Notes under the pieces: generated by a model
What the model saw: only the letters and a program-made list of their open reading frames with translations
Told to the model about the DNA's origin: nothing
The model's database searches: none
From: a candidate division FCPU426 bacterium
Lineage (GTDB): Bacteria; Oederibacteriota; PGYV01; Palsa-1178
DNA: 64,000 bases
NCBI GenBank assembly: GCA_963840035.1
Contig: CAWIXE010000002.1
Coordinates: 1,504,001 to 1,568,000, forward strand
Reading direction: 5' to 3'
Shown here: in pieces, positions 48,931-59,177 of the stretch
Numbering within the stretch: the stretch's first letter is position 1
How the letters are laid out: each line of letters begins with the position of its first letter
Made by a program: the position numbers and the translations under genes

Positions 48931-50388
48931 ATGATGAAGACAATGCGTGAAAACGCAAAGGTAGTTCTTTGGATTGTTCTTTCAGCTTTTATGGTTACCA
49001 TTGTGGCTGTATGGGGCGCGAAGGAAGCGTTTCTCGACCCTAAATCAAACCCAGATGCTATCGCGAAAGTCGGCAAGGAATTTGTCACTTATACCCAGCT
49101 TGGTGAGGCCTGGCAGAACAAACTGCAGCAGCTCTATGACCAGGGCATAAAAGTCACCGACGAAAAGGAAAAAGAGCTTAAAAAAGAACTTCTAAATCAG
49201 ATAATCGAAAGGCAGCTTTTGATCGGCTACGCAGCCAAACTCGGCGTGCTTGTTTCAGACGAGGAAGTTGCCCAGTCCATCGCCGGCATACAGGCCTTCA
49301 ATGATAAAGGGGTCTTTAATAAGGAACGCTACATGCAGTACCTGTCCAGCTCCAGGATCAGGCCGGAAGACTTCGAAAACGAACAGAAACTTTCAATAGT
49401 GCTTGTAAAACTCCGTAATCAGCTCATCGCCGGAGTCAAGGTAACCACCGATGAATTGCGCTCATATTTCATGAAGCGCGAAAGAAAAATAACCGTTAAC
49501 TACGCTTACTTCAATTACAAGAACTTCTTAAGCGACATAAAGATTGACGAGGAAAAATTAAAAGATTACTACGCAGTCAACAGGAAGAACTACGAAAAGC
49601 CGGACCGTGTTAAGGCCGAACACATACTCATCAGGCCTGACGCATCCGCCACATCGCCCACCGGAAGGACCGAAGATGGCGCAAAGGCATTTGCCGAGGA
49701 ACTCTTAAAGAAGATTAAAGCCGGGGAGTCATTTGAAGCCCTGGCAAAGAAATATTCCCAGGATCCGGGCTCCGCTTCAAGGGGCGGCGACCTCGACTGG
49801 TTCTCAAAAGGGGCTATGGTTCCTGAATTTGAGAACGCGGCTTTTGCGCTTAAGACCGGAGAGGTAAGCCCGGTCATAAAGACGCAGTTCGGATATCACA
49901 TCATCAAAACAACTGGCCATGAAGCAGGCTTTGAGCCCACTTTCATAAAAGTCCGCTCAAAAGTCCTGGCTGAAATGCAGAAACAGGAAGGCTTAAAGAT
50001 GATGAAAGAAAAAGCCGAAGCCATGAAATCAGAGATAACTGACGCGGCTTCCATGGATAAGCTGGCCCAGAAGTACAAAGTACCGGTCATGACATCCCCT
50101 TCATTTAACGACGGTTCCAAGCTCGACTCCTTTTCAGCCGAATTCAAGGATACAATGCTTGACTTAAACAGGAACGACATCTCACCGGTCATAACAGGCG
50201 AAAACGGCTTCTACATCGGCAGGATAGTTTCCGAGTCAGCGGGCGCTTTTGACGAGAATACATTCAAAAAGAAATCAGCGGAACTTGATTCAAAGCTGAA
50301 ATCGATCAAATACAGCCAGATACAGAAGGATCTTGTCGAAAAGCTCAAGGCAGAGGGAAAAGTGGAGATTTTCGAAAAGAACATATAA
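48931..50388 (+). CDS. ppiD: PpiD-like membrane-anchored chaperone / parvulin PPIase
   Basis: N-terminal TM, SurA-N-like region, HILI, F..LAKKYSQDPGS..RGGDL.WF..G.MVPEFE.AAF, TQFGYHII. Confidence 0.88.
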   Translation: MMKTMRENAKVVLWIVLSAFMVTIVAVWGAKEAFLDPKSNPDAIAKVGKEFVTYTQLGEAWQNKLQQLYDQGIKVTDEKEKELKKELLNQIIERQLLIGYAAKLGVLVSDEEVAQSIAGIQAFNDKGVFNKERYMQYLSSSRIRPEDFENEQKLSIVLVKLRNQLIAGVKVTTDELRSYFMKRERKITVNYAYFNYKNFLSDIKIDEEKLKDYYAVNRKNYEKPDRVKAEHILIRPDASATSPTGRTEDGAKAFAEELLKKIKAGESFEALAKKYSQDPGSASRGGDLDWFSKGAMVPEFENAAFALKTGEVSPVIKTQFGYHIIKTTGHEAGFEPTFIKVRSKVLAEMQKQEGLKMMKEKAEAMKSEITDAASMDKLAQKYKVPVMTSPSFNDGSKLDSFSAEFKDTMLDLNRNDISPVITGENGFYIGRIVSESAGAFDENTFKKKSAELDSKLKSIKYSQIQKDLVEKLKAEGKVEIFEKNI

Positions 50389-50390
50389 AA

Positions 50391-50488
50391 TAAACTTAAA
50401 AGTTTAAAACTTAAAACTGAAAGCTGGGGCATAAGTGCTCCAGCTTTCTTTTTACCTCAACTTTCAGTTTTCAGCTTTAAGTTTCAGA
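50391..50488. repeat. Inverted pair of heptamer arrays around a hairpin, between convergent stops
   Basis: AAACTTA AAAGTTT AAAACTT AAAACTG AAAGCTG ... AACTTTC AGTTTTC AGCTTTA AGTTTC; inner GAAAGCTGG..CCAGCTTTC. Confidence 0.85.
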
Positions 50489-50492
50489 CATA

Positions 50493-51071
50493 TCAAAGCT
50501 TATTCCACATCTTCAACACCCGCTTAACTTTTTCTATCGGAAGGCCCACAACATTATAATACGATCCTTTGATCCTCTTTATGAACGGGTCTGAATTCTC
50601 CTGGACAGCATAAGCGCCTGCCTTATCCATGACATGGTTTGTCTCTATATAGTTCCTGATCCATGCCGGGGAAAGCTTTCTGAAAGTAACATAGGACCTG
50701 TCATAAGTAACGAGCGTTTTGCCGTCCGCTGCGTTTATAAAAGCCACTGCCGTAACAACACAGTGCGTGTTCCTGCTTAAATCAAAAAGTGTCTTATATG
50801 CGTGTTCCTTAGACTTGGGTTTGCCTATTACGCGCCCTTTTAAGACCACAATAGTATCCGACCCTAATATCAGGCCTTTCTTTATTTTCGGCAGTACTGA
50901 AAACGCTTTTACATACGCGAGACGACACGCAATTTCTACCGGGTCCTTCCCTATAAGGCCGCGCATTTCCTCATCTTCATCCGCAGTCGGCTTTACAAAT
51001 GAATACTTTATGCCGAATTGTTTTAGTATCTGATGACGCCGGGGAGATGTGGACGCGAGAATGATCTTCAC
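50493..51071 (-). CDS. maf: Maf family nucleotide pyrophosphatase
   Basis: IILASTSPRR, GSDTIV, GKP, DKAGAY.VQ, GSYYNVVGLP. Confidence 0.95.
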   Translation of the reverse strand: MKIILASTSPRRHQILKQFGIKYSFVKPTADEDEEMRGLIGKDPVEIACRLAYVKAFSVLPKIKKGLILGSDTIVVLKGRVIGKPKSKEHAYKTLFDLSRNTHCVVTAVAFINAADGKTLVTYDRSYVTFRKLSPAWIRNYIETNHVMDKAGAYAVQENSDPFIKRIKGSYYNVVGLPIEKVKRVLKMWNKL

Positions 51072-51111
51072 TTTTCATACCTTCCTTATTTGATGAGATA
51101 TGTCCGGGGTT

Positions 51112-52104
51112 TTAAAACTTGCCGTGGATCGCGGTGCCGCAGTACTTGCACTTGCCTTTGTCCATACCCGTTACTTCAACTTTCATCCATTCCCTTTTAA
51201 TGACCGCCTTGGAACAATTGGGGCAAAAAGTATCCCCTCCGCCGGTTTCAGACGGCACATTGCCTATATATACATATTTCAATTTTTTCTTCGCCTTTTC
51301 ATAAGCTCCCTGCAGTATCTCTATCTGAGTCGGGTCTATATTCATCTTATACTGGGGAAAGTACCTGGAAAAATGAAGCGGTATATCAGGCGATATCTCC
51401 GCCACCATATCGACGACCATATCCACATCATCCTTGTCATTAAGTGTGGGTATTATCATGTTTGTGACTTCCACATGGACGCCTGCCTCATGGGCCAATT
51501 TGATGGTCCTTAAGACCGGAGCGAGCTGCCCGCCGCAAACTTCGCGGTAAAAATTCTCCTGGCCGGCTTTTAAATCTATGTTCATTGCGTCTGTTACCGT
51601 CAGCATATCCTTTAACGGCTCTTCCGAAACAAACCCGTTTGTGACAAGGACGTTTTTTAACCCCTTTTCCCTGGCTATGACCGATACATCATAAACAAAT
51701 TCATGCCAGATGAAAGGTTCATTATATGTATAGGCTATCCCGAGCGACTTATTTTCGATCGCTATCCCTATGATGTCCTCTTTTTCAAAATGTTCCGTGG
51801 CCACTTCCTGCTGGGATATCTGCCAGTTCTGGCAAAAAGTGCATTTGAAATTGCATCCCCATGTGCCTATGGAAAATATCTGCGTTCCGGGGTAAAAATT
51901 GTACAGGGGCTTTTTTTCTATGGGATCCATGGCGTACGATGTAAGCTCGCCATATATTTTCGTGAATAAAGTGCCGTCTTTATTATACCTGGCCTTGCAT
52001 ATGCCGGCCTTATTATTGGCCAGAAAACACCTGTGCGGGCAGAGCACGCACCGCGTCTTGTTTACAGGTTCTTTTTTATAATACCTTGCTTCAAAATCCG
52101 CCAA
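51112..52104 (-). CDS. amrS: AmmeMemoRadiSam system radical SAM enzyme
   Basis: C.LCPH.C, DPIEKKPLY.F.PG, GCNFKC.FCQNW.ISQ, AYTYNEP, PLHFSRYFP, YVYIGNV. Confidence 0.92.
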   Translation of the reverse strand: MADFEARYYKKEPVNKTRCVLCPHRCFLANNKAGICKARYNKDGTLFTKIYGELTSYAMDPIEKKPLYNFYPGTQIFSIGTWGCNFKCTFCQNWQISQQEVATEHFEKEDIIGIAIENKSLGIAYTYNEPFIWHEFVYDVSVIAREKGLKNVLVTNGFVSEEPLKDMLTVTDAMNIDLKAGQENFYREVCGGQLAPVLRTIKLAHEAGVHVEVTNMIIPTLNDKDDVDMVVDMVAEISPDIPLHFSRYFPQYKMNIDPTQIEILQGAYEKAKKKLKYVYIGNVPSETGGGDTFCPNCSKAVIKREWMKVEVTGMDKGKCKYCGTAIHGKF

Positions 52105-52121
52105 AACAAACCCCCAAAAGA

Positions 52122-52197
52122 AATCTCAATTATCTCATTAGTCTCAACGATCTCAAAAGTCATTCCTGCTCACCACCAACTTCCCACAACCAACTTG
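52122..52197. repeat. Nonamer array followed by a heptamer array
   Basis: AATCTCAAT TATCTCATT AGTCTCAAC GATCTCAAA; TCACCAC CAACTTC CCACAAC CAACTT. Confidence 0.7.
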
Positions 52198-52205
52198 CCT
52201 TCAGT

Positions 52206-52787
52206 TCAACGTTTTTCAGCCACCACGTAGTAGTCCGGCGGCTCATTTTTTATGCCGGTTAACGCGTCCTTAACAAGCCTTAACGCTTTCTTAAACGGCG
52301 AGCTGTCCCAGCTTTCTTCATCAGGCCCGGAAGCAATTACCTTAAAACCTGCTTCCCCGAGCATCTCCGCGATCTCATCCGGAGCGTAAGGCTTAACATG
52401 CGTTTTGTCCTTCCAGAACTCGCTTGTTGCCACCCCTATGTTTTTTATATTCGGCAGTATAGCCACAAGTTTTCCCTTTTTCGCCAGAAGCCTGTGCGCG
52501 TTTTTCATAAGCCTGCGCAGGTCATTGCCTGTAAAGTGTTCCATGATATGCCTGGCATAAATACCGCGGTATTTTCCGGCCTTTTCCTTGTTTAAGAAAA
52601 CCGGAATGTCCTTTTTAAATACTTTTATACCTTTAATGTCCGCCGGGTTCCTGTCAACACCGCAGGCCGGGACGCCTTTTTCAGCGCAAAGCGTGAGAAA
52701 ATCCCCGCAGCCGCTTCCAAGCTCCAGTAACGGGCCTTTTGCGTCAAAAAACGACAAATACTTAACCTGCTTTTGTTTATTGTCCAT
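52206..52787 (-). CDS. Class I SAM-dependent methyltransferase
   Basis: LLELGSGCG, GVD, HIMEH, L...G.L....PN. Confidence 0.85.
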   Translation of the reverse strand: MDNKQKQVKYLSFFDAKGPLLELGSGCGDFLTLCAEKGVPACGVDRNPADIKGIKVFKKDIPVFLNKEKAGKYRGIYARHIMEHFTGNDLRRLMKNAHRLLAKKGKLVAILPNIKNIGVATSEFWKDKTHVKPYAPDEIAEMLGEAGFKVIASGPDEESWDSSPFKKALRLVKDALTGIKNEPPDYYVVAEKR

Positions 52788-53850
52788 TTTTCTGCCCGTC
52801 AAGAAGGTATTTTAAGAATTTTTTAGCTTCGGATTTCCAGTTATAATTATCACTTATAAATTTATACCCTTTTTCGCCTTTTTTATCAAGACTTTTTATG
52901 CCCTTTTTAATCACAGCGCCAAAAGCGGCCGGGTCAGGTTTTGACAGGAATATAAAATCCTTAAAAATCTTTATTTCGCCGACATTTGTGGCAATTACTC
53001 TTTTACCCAGCGCTATATATTCCCTGAGTTTCATTGAAGCCCTGAAATTATTGACCGGTTCCGCTCTGTAATAGACCAAGCATACATCCGACGCAAGGGC
53101 GTGCGCGGCAGCGGCTCCAGGCGTCAACTGCCCAAGAAACACCACCCGTTCTGACATTCCCATTTTTTCCGCCATTGACATATAATAATGAAGCAGCGGC
53201 CCGCCTCCCGCCACTACCAGTACAATGTTTTCATCCTTAATACCCTGAATTGAGCTGAAAATATCCTCAAGATAACTGGCAATATTCAGGTGGGCCATGT
53301 AAAAAAGGATTGTTTTGCCATTATAGCCTTTTCTTATGCCTGCCGCCATTTTTTTCAACCCGGCAGATACCCTGAAATATTCAAGGTCAACGCACTGCTT
53401 TAGGCTGTAAATTTTCCCTTTAAACTGCGGATGATCCGCTTCAATTAGCTTTATAAGTGAGGAATTATGTGAAGTGAGCAGGTCCGCGGTTCTAATCATG
53501 GCTTCCTGCAGTTTCTTTATGATAGCCGAGAGGATTCCGCCTCTGTAACCGTAATCAAGGTCGTCAATATCTATAATTATCCTGGCGCCCTTTGCTTTAA
53601 GCATCAGCGCCGGCAATACCGTATTCGGATATGGTTTTACTATAATAACAGCGTCATACCTGCTGTTCATTAGCGCAAAGAAATAGTAAACGAGCGATAA
53701 CAGGAAATCAAACATGAATGGCATACTTTTAAAAGGCGGTTCTATGTAAGCAGTTTCCGCATTATGCCCCTTTAAGTTCTTATATATATAGAAAGCCCTG
53801 AGGTTTGACCCGGTATTCCTGGCCTGTGATGAAAGCACCAGTATTTTCAT
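52777..53850 (-). CDS. Glycosyltransferase family 4
   Basis: VVAGGGP, V.FLG, KL.EY.ALGK.VIATNVG, YNW. Confidence 0.85.
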   Translation of the reverse strand: MKILVLSSQARNTGSNLRAFYIYKNLKGHNAETAYIEPPFKSMPFMFDFLLSLVYYFFALMNSRYDAVIIVKPYPNTVLPALMLKAKGARIIIDIDDLDYGYRGGILSAIIKKLQEAMIRTADLLTSHNSSLIKLIEADHPQFKGKIYSLKQCVDLEYFRVSAGLKKMAAGIRKGYNGKTILFYMAHLNIASYLEDIFSSIQGIKDENIVLVVAGGGPLLHYYMSMAEKMGMSERVVFLGQLTPGAAAAHALASDVCLVYYRAEPVNNFRASMKLREYIALGKRVIATNVGEIKIFKDFIFLSKPDPAAFGAVIKKGIKSLDKKGEKGYKFISDNYNWKSEAKKFLKYLLDGQKNGQ

Positions 53851-54776
53851 GAACGCGCCTTCTTTATCTTTATTTCACGGCTTAAATTCCTGTTCTGCAG
53901 GTTAAATGAGGTAAAAATGCCGTAAATAGAACCCGCGCCGTATGACACATGCAGGAGGAAGAACGAAAGAATAGACATAAAAAAGGAAGGCAGGTATTTT
54001 AATTGCCTGAAAATGACGTAAGAAAAGTAAACGGTCCCGGCCGCGTAAAGCAGCAATGGCAGGAAATCAGCCGCGCCGAAAAGCAGCTCGGAAAAAAGGT
54101 AAATGACAAAAAAGGCCGGTATGAAGTTTATGACATCCTCCGGTTTGAACCTGACCGCCGACTGCTCGGCCCTGCCCCTGCCGTAATTAAAGCACTGTTT
54201 TATAAAAGCCGGATAATCACGCCTTTTGGACCTGTATACAAATATATCGGGGTCATACACAAGGCTTAATCCAGAATCTTTAAACCTGGAGAGCAGTTCA
54301 TTCTCTTCATTTGGATATAATTTTTCATTAAAACCGCCCGCCTCGGTAAAAACCGTCTTTCTTATGAACATGTTGCAGAGTATGAGTTCCTTCTCGTCCG
54401 TCTGCCTGCGGCTGCCTTTCTTAGCGTACCTGGCGCTGCTTTTTCCCGCGGCCCAGGGGCTGGCAAAAGCCGCGCCGAATACCTTCTGCAGCAGGGAGTC
54501 GCTTTCAGGCGCGAGTTCAGGCCCTCCTAATACCGCAAGCCCGGAGTCTTTTGAGAAGATTTCTTCGGCCGCTTTAAGCATACCTGCCGGCACGACCGTA
54601 TCGTCGTCCATGAAATATATGACATCGCCTGCGGCCTCATTGACGCCGCAGTTGCGCTGATATGAGGGATTCTTCCCTTCAACCAGTATTATTTCATACC
54701 CTATGTTCGCGCCGAGGTTTTTTATTACTTTTTCCCCGTCCGCTAGGCTCCTTACCGCAGAAACAATTGATATCAT
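53847..54776 (-). CDS. Glycosyltransferase family 2 with C-terminal TM helices
   Basis: RN.GV..A.GD.IYFMDDD, GGFNE.L..NEE.EL, Q.F.YGRGR. Confidence 0.88.
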   Translation of the reverse strand: MISIVSAVRSLADGEKVIKNLGANIGYEIILVEGKNPSYQRNCGVNEAAGDVIYFMDDDTVVPAGMLKAAEEIFSKDSGLAVLGGPELAPESDSLLQKVFGAAFASPWAAGKSSARYAKKGSRRQTDEKELILCNMFIRKTVFTEAGGFNEKLYPNEENELLSRFKDSGLSLVYDPDIFVYRSKRRDYPAFIKQCFNYGRGRAEQSAVRFKPEDVINFIPAFFVIYLFSELLFGAADFLPLLLYAAGTVYFSYVIFRQLKYLPSFFMSILSFFLLHVSYGAGSIYGIFTSFNLQNRNLSREIKIKKARS

Positions 54777-55483
54777 ATCCAGCCTTTCTTTTTCATCAGG
54801 GGGACCAGCTGCCTTAACTTTTTTATCTTAGGCACGTCATGCCCGCCTTCCCCCTTAAAGGAGAACTGCGCGTGTTTTGAATCCCTCAGCAGCCATACCA
54901 CCTTAACCCCTGCCTTAATGCCGCCTTTAATATCGGCCAAGTAATTATCCCCCACATAAAGGAACTCTTCTTTTTTTACTTTCGCTTTCTTCACAGCAAT
55001 TTCAAATATTTTCCTGTGCGGTTTCTCAACTCCCGCGTCCTCGGATATTATGATATTGTCAAACTTGTCCGCAAGTCCGGTGCGCTTAAGCACGTACATA
55101 AGCTCTGCCGGCGCGTTTGATATAACCCCCATTTTCAGGCCGGCGCTCCTGACTTCCCTTAGCACCCCTGATACTTCCCTGTACGGCCTGAAGCTGGTGC
55201 CGGATTTCAGCCGCTTTTTTACAATTTCAAGGAGGGCCGGGTCCTGTATTCCGAGGTCCCTGAAAACAAGCCTCATATAATGGTCCCATTTTTCAGAATC
55301 CGACATTATTCCTTTTGACACGATGCTTTTCATTGCTCCGGCTGCCTTGTTTATAGCGGCGGCAACCCGGCTCAGCGCCTTTTTATGCCCGGCGCCGCGT
55401 ATAAGCCCCGATGTTATGGCAATTAGCGACGGGTTCCTGTGGATGAGCGTCTCGCCCGCGTCAAAAAATACGGCTTTTACCAT
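54773..55483 (-). CDS. HAD-superfamily hydrolase subfamily IA
   Basis: FFDAGETL, VISN, G.EKP...IF, YVGD....DI.G. Confidence 0.9.
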   Translation of the reverse strand: MVKAVFFDAGETLIHRNPSLIAITSGLIRGAGHKKALSRVAAAINKAAGAMKSIVSKGIMSDSEKWDHYMRLVFRDLGIQDPALLEIVKKRLKSGTSFRPYREVSGVLREVRSAGLKMGVISNAPAELMYVLKRTGLADKFDNIIISEDAGVEKPHRKIFEIAVKKAKVKKEEFLYVGDNYLADIKGGIKAGVKVVWLLRDSKHAQFSFKGEGGHDVPKIKKLRQLVPLMKKKGWI

Positions 55484-56151
55484 TTTTCCTTTTTTGCCTT
55501 TTTTGCCTTAGGGTATAATATCGCGTTTACGGCCTCTTCCGGCGTCGACACTATGCGTATCAAATCCAGATCCTCCGGTGATATGTATTTTTCCCTGTGC
55601 ATTTCCTCTTTAACCCATTCCAGCATTCCTTTCCAGAAGGTCTTGCCATAAAGCACTATGGGAAATGGCTTTATCTTCTGGGTCTGCATCAGGGTCATGG
55701 CTTCAAACAGTTCGTCAAGTGTCCCGAAACCGCCGGGAAATACTATAAAGGCGGATGCGTATTTTACAAACATCACTTTTCTGGCGAAAAAGTACCTGAA
55801 GCCCATCTGGATGGTGGCAAACTTATTCGGGTGCTGTTCATGAGGCAGTTCTATATTCAAGCCTATGGATGTCCCTCCAGCCTCAAAAGCGCCTTTATTT
55901 GCCGCTTCCATGATTCCGCCGCCGCCCCCTGTTATGATGGCATATCCTTTCTTTGCCAGGAGTTTCGCGGTCTTTTCAGCAGCAGCGTAGTATTTGCCGT
56001 CCCTCGGCTCCCTGGCAGAACCAAATATGGATATTCCATTGGTAATCTCGCCTAAGGCCTCAAAACCGTCTACAAACTCTGATATGATCCTGAACATCCT
56101 CCATGAGTCGTCAGCTATATTCTCAAGCACATACTGTTCCCTGTATTTCAT
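55477..56151 (-). CDS. LOG family nucleotide monophosphate nucleosidase
   Basis: SIFGSAR, TGGG.GIMEAANKGA, YFFARK, PGGFGTLDELFE. Confidence 0.93.
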   Translation of the reverse strand: MKYREQYVLENIADDSWRMFRIISEFVDGFEALGEITNGISIFGSAREPRDGKYYAAAEKTAKLLAKKGYAIITGGGGGIMEAANKGAFEAGGTSIGLNIELPHEQHPNKFATIQMGFRYFFARKVMFVKYASAFIVFPGGFGTLDELFEAMTLMQTQKIKPFPIVLYGKTFWKGMLEWVKEEMHREKYISPEDLDLIRIVSTPEEAVNAILYPKAKKAKKEKW

Positions 56152-56167
56152 AAACACCTCCATTCAA

Positions 56168-56300
56168 ATTTAAAACTGAAAACTTAAAACTGAAAGTTGA
56201 GACTTTACCACTTATTTTACCGTTTTCTTCCTTTACTTTCAACACGCAGTTATTTGTTTTTGATTCAACTTTCAGTTTTCAGCTTCAAGTTTTAAGTTGA
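56168..56300. repeat. Inverted pair of heptamer arrays
   Basis: AAAACTGAAAGTTGA / TCAACTTTCAGTTTT perfect 15-bp core within longer arms. Confidence 0.85.
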
Positions 56301-56301
56301 T

Positions 56302-57330
56302 TTATTCCCCGCCAAAGAGTTTATAAATCCTCACCACGTTCTCCCCGGTCAGATTCCATAGCAGGTCTCCTAAACCACGCAGGGGGGCTGTTATAATGCC
56401 CAGTTTCAGCCTGTCAGATATGGAACTTTTAAAGGCATCCCCGTAGTACTTGAATATGTTGCCAAAATCAGAATCATCTATGTCAAACTTGAAATTGATG
56501 TAGAAATTTCCATCCGAATCCTTCAGGAAGTCCGTTAACTGTTCCACCGACACATTAAACAGGGCCTTCACATCAAGCCCCGTTTCTTCCCTCATTTTTA
56601 CCTTCTCGAACTGCATGATGTTGTTGACATATATCCGCCTCATCTCGCCTTTTAACTGGACTATAAAATTAATCCTGCCGGCGTCGAACTTGATCCTGTT
56701 CTTCCTGAACATTGGTTCGAATAGCTTCGGATTTATTCCGGTGGCGAAGATATTGACGAAGAATTTATTTGTATAATACGGGAAGAAATACATTTTCAGG
56801 AATACTTTCTGACCCGGTTTTCCGAAGATATTGCCGGTACAATCCAGAGTCAGGAATTCCTCACTTTTGGTGTTTCCCTTTGACGAGCTTATGCCGTTAA
56901 TGCCGGATATATAAAAACGGTATTTCTGTTCTATATCCTCAAATTCCACAGCCGAGTTAAATATATACAGATACCTGCAAAATGGTATGGCAAAAGGCTT
57001 TGCCTGGCCGTTATCCGGCTTTATTGCTCCTGGCTTTTTTACAAACCGTACCTTTGCCCATGCCGCTATAATGCCGTCAACTGCCTTTACATAATCCTTT
57101 TTAATTATATTCCCGAGGTTTAGGTCTATCATTACGAACGGCGCTGTGAGGTTGCCGCTGGAAAAATCAGCGAGAATAACCCTGTCAGGTGTGATGGCAC
57201 AGGCAAACAGGTAATCGGTTCCCGGGGAATATTTTTTAACCAAGGGACGCAATTCCTTATTTATATATATATTTGAAGCTGTGAATACCGCAAAGATAAG
57301 AACCAGCAGCTGGGCTGTTATCTTTTTCAT
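56302..57330 (-). CDS. Hypothetical envelope protein, DUF748/AsmA-like
   Basis: N-terminal anchor, beta-rich, C-terminal LKDSDG.F.I.F..D pattern. Confidence 0.5.
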   Translation of the reverse strand: MKKITAQLLVLIFAVFTASNIYINKELRPLVKKYSPGTDYLFACAITPDRVILADFSSGNLTAPFVMIDLNLGNIIKKDYVKAVDGIIAAWAKVRFVKKPGAIKPDNGQAKPFAIPFCRYLYIFNSAVEFEDIEQKYRFYISGINGISSSKGNTKSEEFLTLDCTGNIFGKPGQKVFLKMYFFPYYTNKFFVNIFATGINPKLFEPMFRKNRIKFDAGRINFIVQLKGEMRRIYVNNIMQFEKVKMREETGLDVKALFNVSVEQLTDFLKDSDGNFYINFKFDIDDSDFGNIFKYYGDAFKSSISDRLKLGIITAPLRGLGDLLWNLTGENVVRIYKLFGGE

Positions 57331-58593
57331 TTATTCCTCAAAAATCTTCATCTGCAGGTTTTTGGTCTTATCCTTAAACCCTTCAAGCTGCCTGAAAATG
57401 GATATCTTTCCGAATTCGCCGTCATAACCAGGTATGATATTGACTTTTTCCTCCCGCACGCGCATGATGGCGTCGGTTATCTTTTCGTCGGTTATGGTTA
57501 AGAGCTCTTCCCTGCTGCGGTCCATAAGTATTTCAAATTCCGTCCCGCCTTTTACCAGCATTTTTTCATATTCTCCCTGGACTTTTTTGCTCGCCGGGGC
57601 CACTTCCCTGCAGTCGGATATGATCTCCTGAAGCTGTATCAGGTGCTTCTGCGGGATGGCGTTAGCCGGGACATAATCCCAAGGCCTGTCAGCCAGTTCC
57701 TCGATCCGGTGCAGCACGCCGAGAGTCAGCGGTTTAAAGCATACGGGGCATCTGTTCTTTTTTGCCTTTGATTCCCTTGGGTGGTATGAAATATTGCACA
57801 GCCGGTGTCCGTCATAGTGGTACTTGCCCTCTTCAGGGAAAAATTCTATGGTGTATTTGAACCTCTTTTTATCCTTTTTTTCTATAATATCCCTGATTTC
57901 ATAATAATCCAACTTACAGTCAAATACATTTGCTTCCCTGCCGATTTTAGATGGCGAATGGGCGTCGGAGTTTGAAATCAGGGTAATATTGTCCAGCGCG
58001 GATATCCTCCAGTTTGCCGAAGGGTCGGAGGAGAGGCCCGTTTCTATCGCGTGTATGTATTTTGACTCAGGCCCGAAACATTCCTCTATGGAATCAAACC
58101 CTGATTTCGATCCAAATATCGAGAACCACGGGGTCCAGGCGTGAGCGGGAATTATCATTGCGTCAGGCGTTATATCAAGCGTGTATTTTACAAGGTCCCT
58201 GACTGAAAACCCGAATATGGGCCTGCCGTCAGAGGCGGTGTTGCCCTTCTTGGAAAGCAGCTTGGAAAAACCTTCCGCGTCCTTTAAAGTCGGCATTATG
58301 ATAAGCGTATGTATTTTCCTTACTTTTCCATCCTGCTTGTATATGTTTGAAATTTCCGTGGATAATATCATGCGCGCGTCTGTCTTTCCGTCCTTTAGCC
58401 TGTAAAGGCCCGGTTCCGCTTCCTTGAGCTTATTTTTCAGTTCGCCCAGATAAGCCGGGTGCTGAAAATCCCCGGTGGCAATAACTCCAATGCCCTTTTT
58501 ATCAGCCCATTTTGTTATGGAGGCCGGGTTCATTTCCTTAGATGTGGCGCGCGAATATTTTGAGTGTACGTGAAAGTCAGCTATTATCCTCAT
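57331..58593 (-). CDS. Endonuclease Q-like PHP-domain protein
   Basis: ADFHVHSKYSRATS, PAHAWTPW, ETGLSSD, SNSDAHSP.KIGRE, GKYH.DGHR.C, CPVC, GYDGEFG. Confidence 0.88.
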   Translation of the reverse strand: MRIIADFHVHSKYSRATSKEMNPASITKWADKKGIGVIATGDFQHPAYLGELKNKLKEAEPGLYRLKDGKTDARMILSTEISNIYKQDGKVRKIHTLIIMPTLKDAEGFSKLLSKKGNTASDGRPIFGFSVRDLVKYTLDITPDAMIIPAHAWTPWFSIFGSKSGFDSIEECFGPESKYIHAIETGLSSDPSANWRISALDNITLISNSDAHSPSKIGREANVFDCKLDYYEIRDIIEKKDKKRFKYTIEFFPEEGKYHYDGHRLCNISYHPRESKAKKNRCPVCFKPLTLGVLHRIEELADRPWDYVPANAIPQKHLIQLQEIISDCREVAPASKKVQGEYEKMLVKGGTEFEILMDRSREELLTITDEKITDAIMRVREEKVNIIPGYDGEFGKISIFRQLEGFKDKTKNLQMKIFEE

Positions 58594-58610
58594 AAGACTC
58601 CTTGGTAAAT

Positions 58611-58694
58611 TAATAAGTTAGAAGTAATAAGTCAGAAGTGTTACAAAAACGGACCCGTTCCACATCCAACTTATTACTTATTACTTTTTACTTT
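58611..58694. repeat. Inverted pair of heptamer arrays (TAAGTAA family); one arm encodes the NUDIX C-terminus
   Basis: TAAGTTA GAAGTAA TAAGTCA GAAGT ... ACTTATT ACTTATT ACTTTTT ACTTT. Confidence 0.75.
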
Positions 58695-59177
58695 AAATTT
58701 TTTAATAAAACTCACATGCCCTCTGAAAGCTATAAATGGCAGCTTTTTATAATCATAAAAAGCCGCGTCTTCGGCGTCATCACCGGCTTTGAGCCTGCCT
58801 TTTAAACCCTCCACCTTTACCGCCAGCACTATAACAGTCCCAAAAAACGACGTATTAAGGGACAGCGCGTGGAAGAACTTTGCTTTATCCGCCTTTAAAC
58901 CCGTCTCTTCCTTTAGCTCGCGGAGCGCCGCTCCCTCTATGCTTTCACCCTGCTCCATAAAGCCCCCCGGCAGCGCCCAGGTCCCGGCCATGGGCTGGAT
59001 CTTTCTCTTTACAAGCAGAATTTTACCATCTTTTTCCGCCAGCACGGCAACGCCCGGCGCGGGGTTGTTAAAATAATGTTTTTTACACTTTTTGCAGTAC
59101 TTAACCGCAAGGCCGTGGGTTTTGTCAAGCCCCAGGACTTCAGTGCAGTATGGGCAGTATTTAAATGCTGATATCAT
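58674..59177 (-). CDS. NUDIX hydrolase with an N-terminal Zn ribbon
   Basis: YCPYC..CKKC; LPGG..E.GE....[17 protein letters not shown]. Confidence 0.92.
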   Translation of the reverse strand: MISAFKYCPYCTEVLGLDKTHGLAVKYCKKCKKHYFNNPAPGVAVLAEKDGKILLVKRKIQPMAGTWALPGGFMEQGESIEGAALRELKEETGLKADKAKFFHALSLNTSFFGTVIVLAVKVEGLKGRLKAGDDAEDAAFYDYKKLPFIAFRGHVSFIKKFKVKSNK

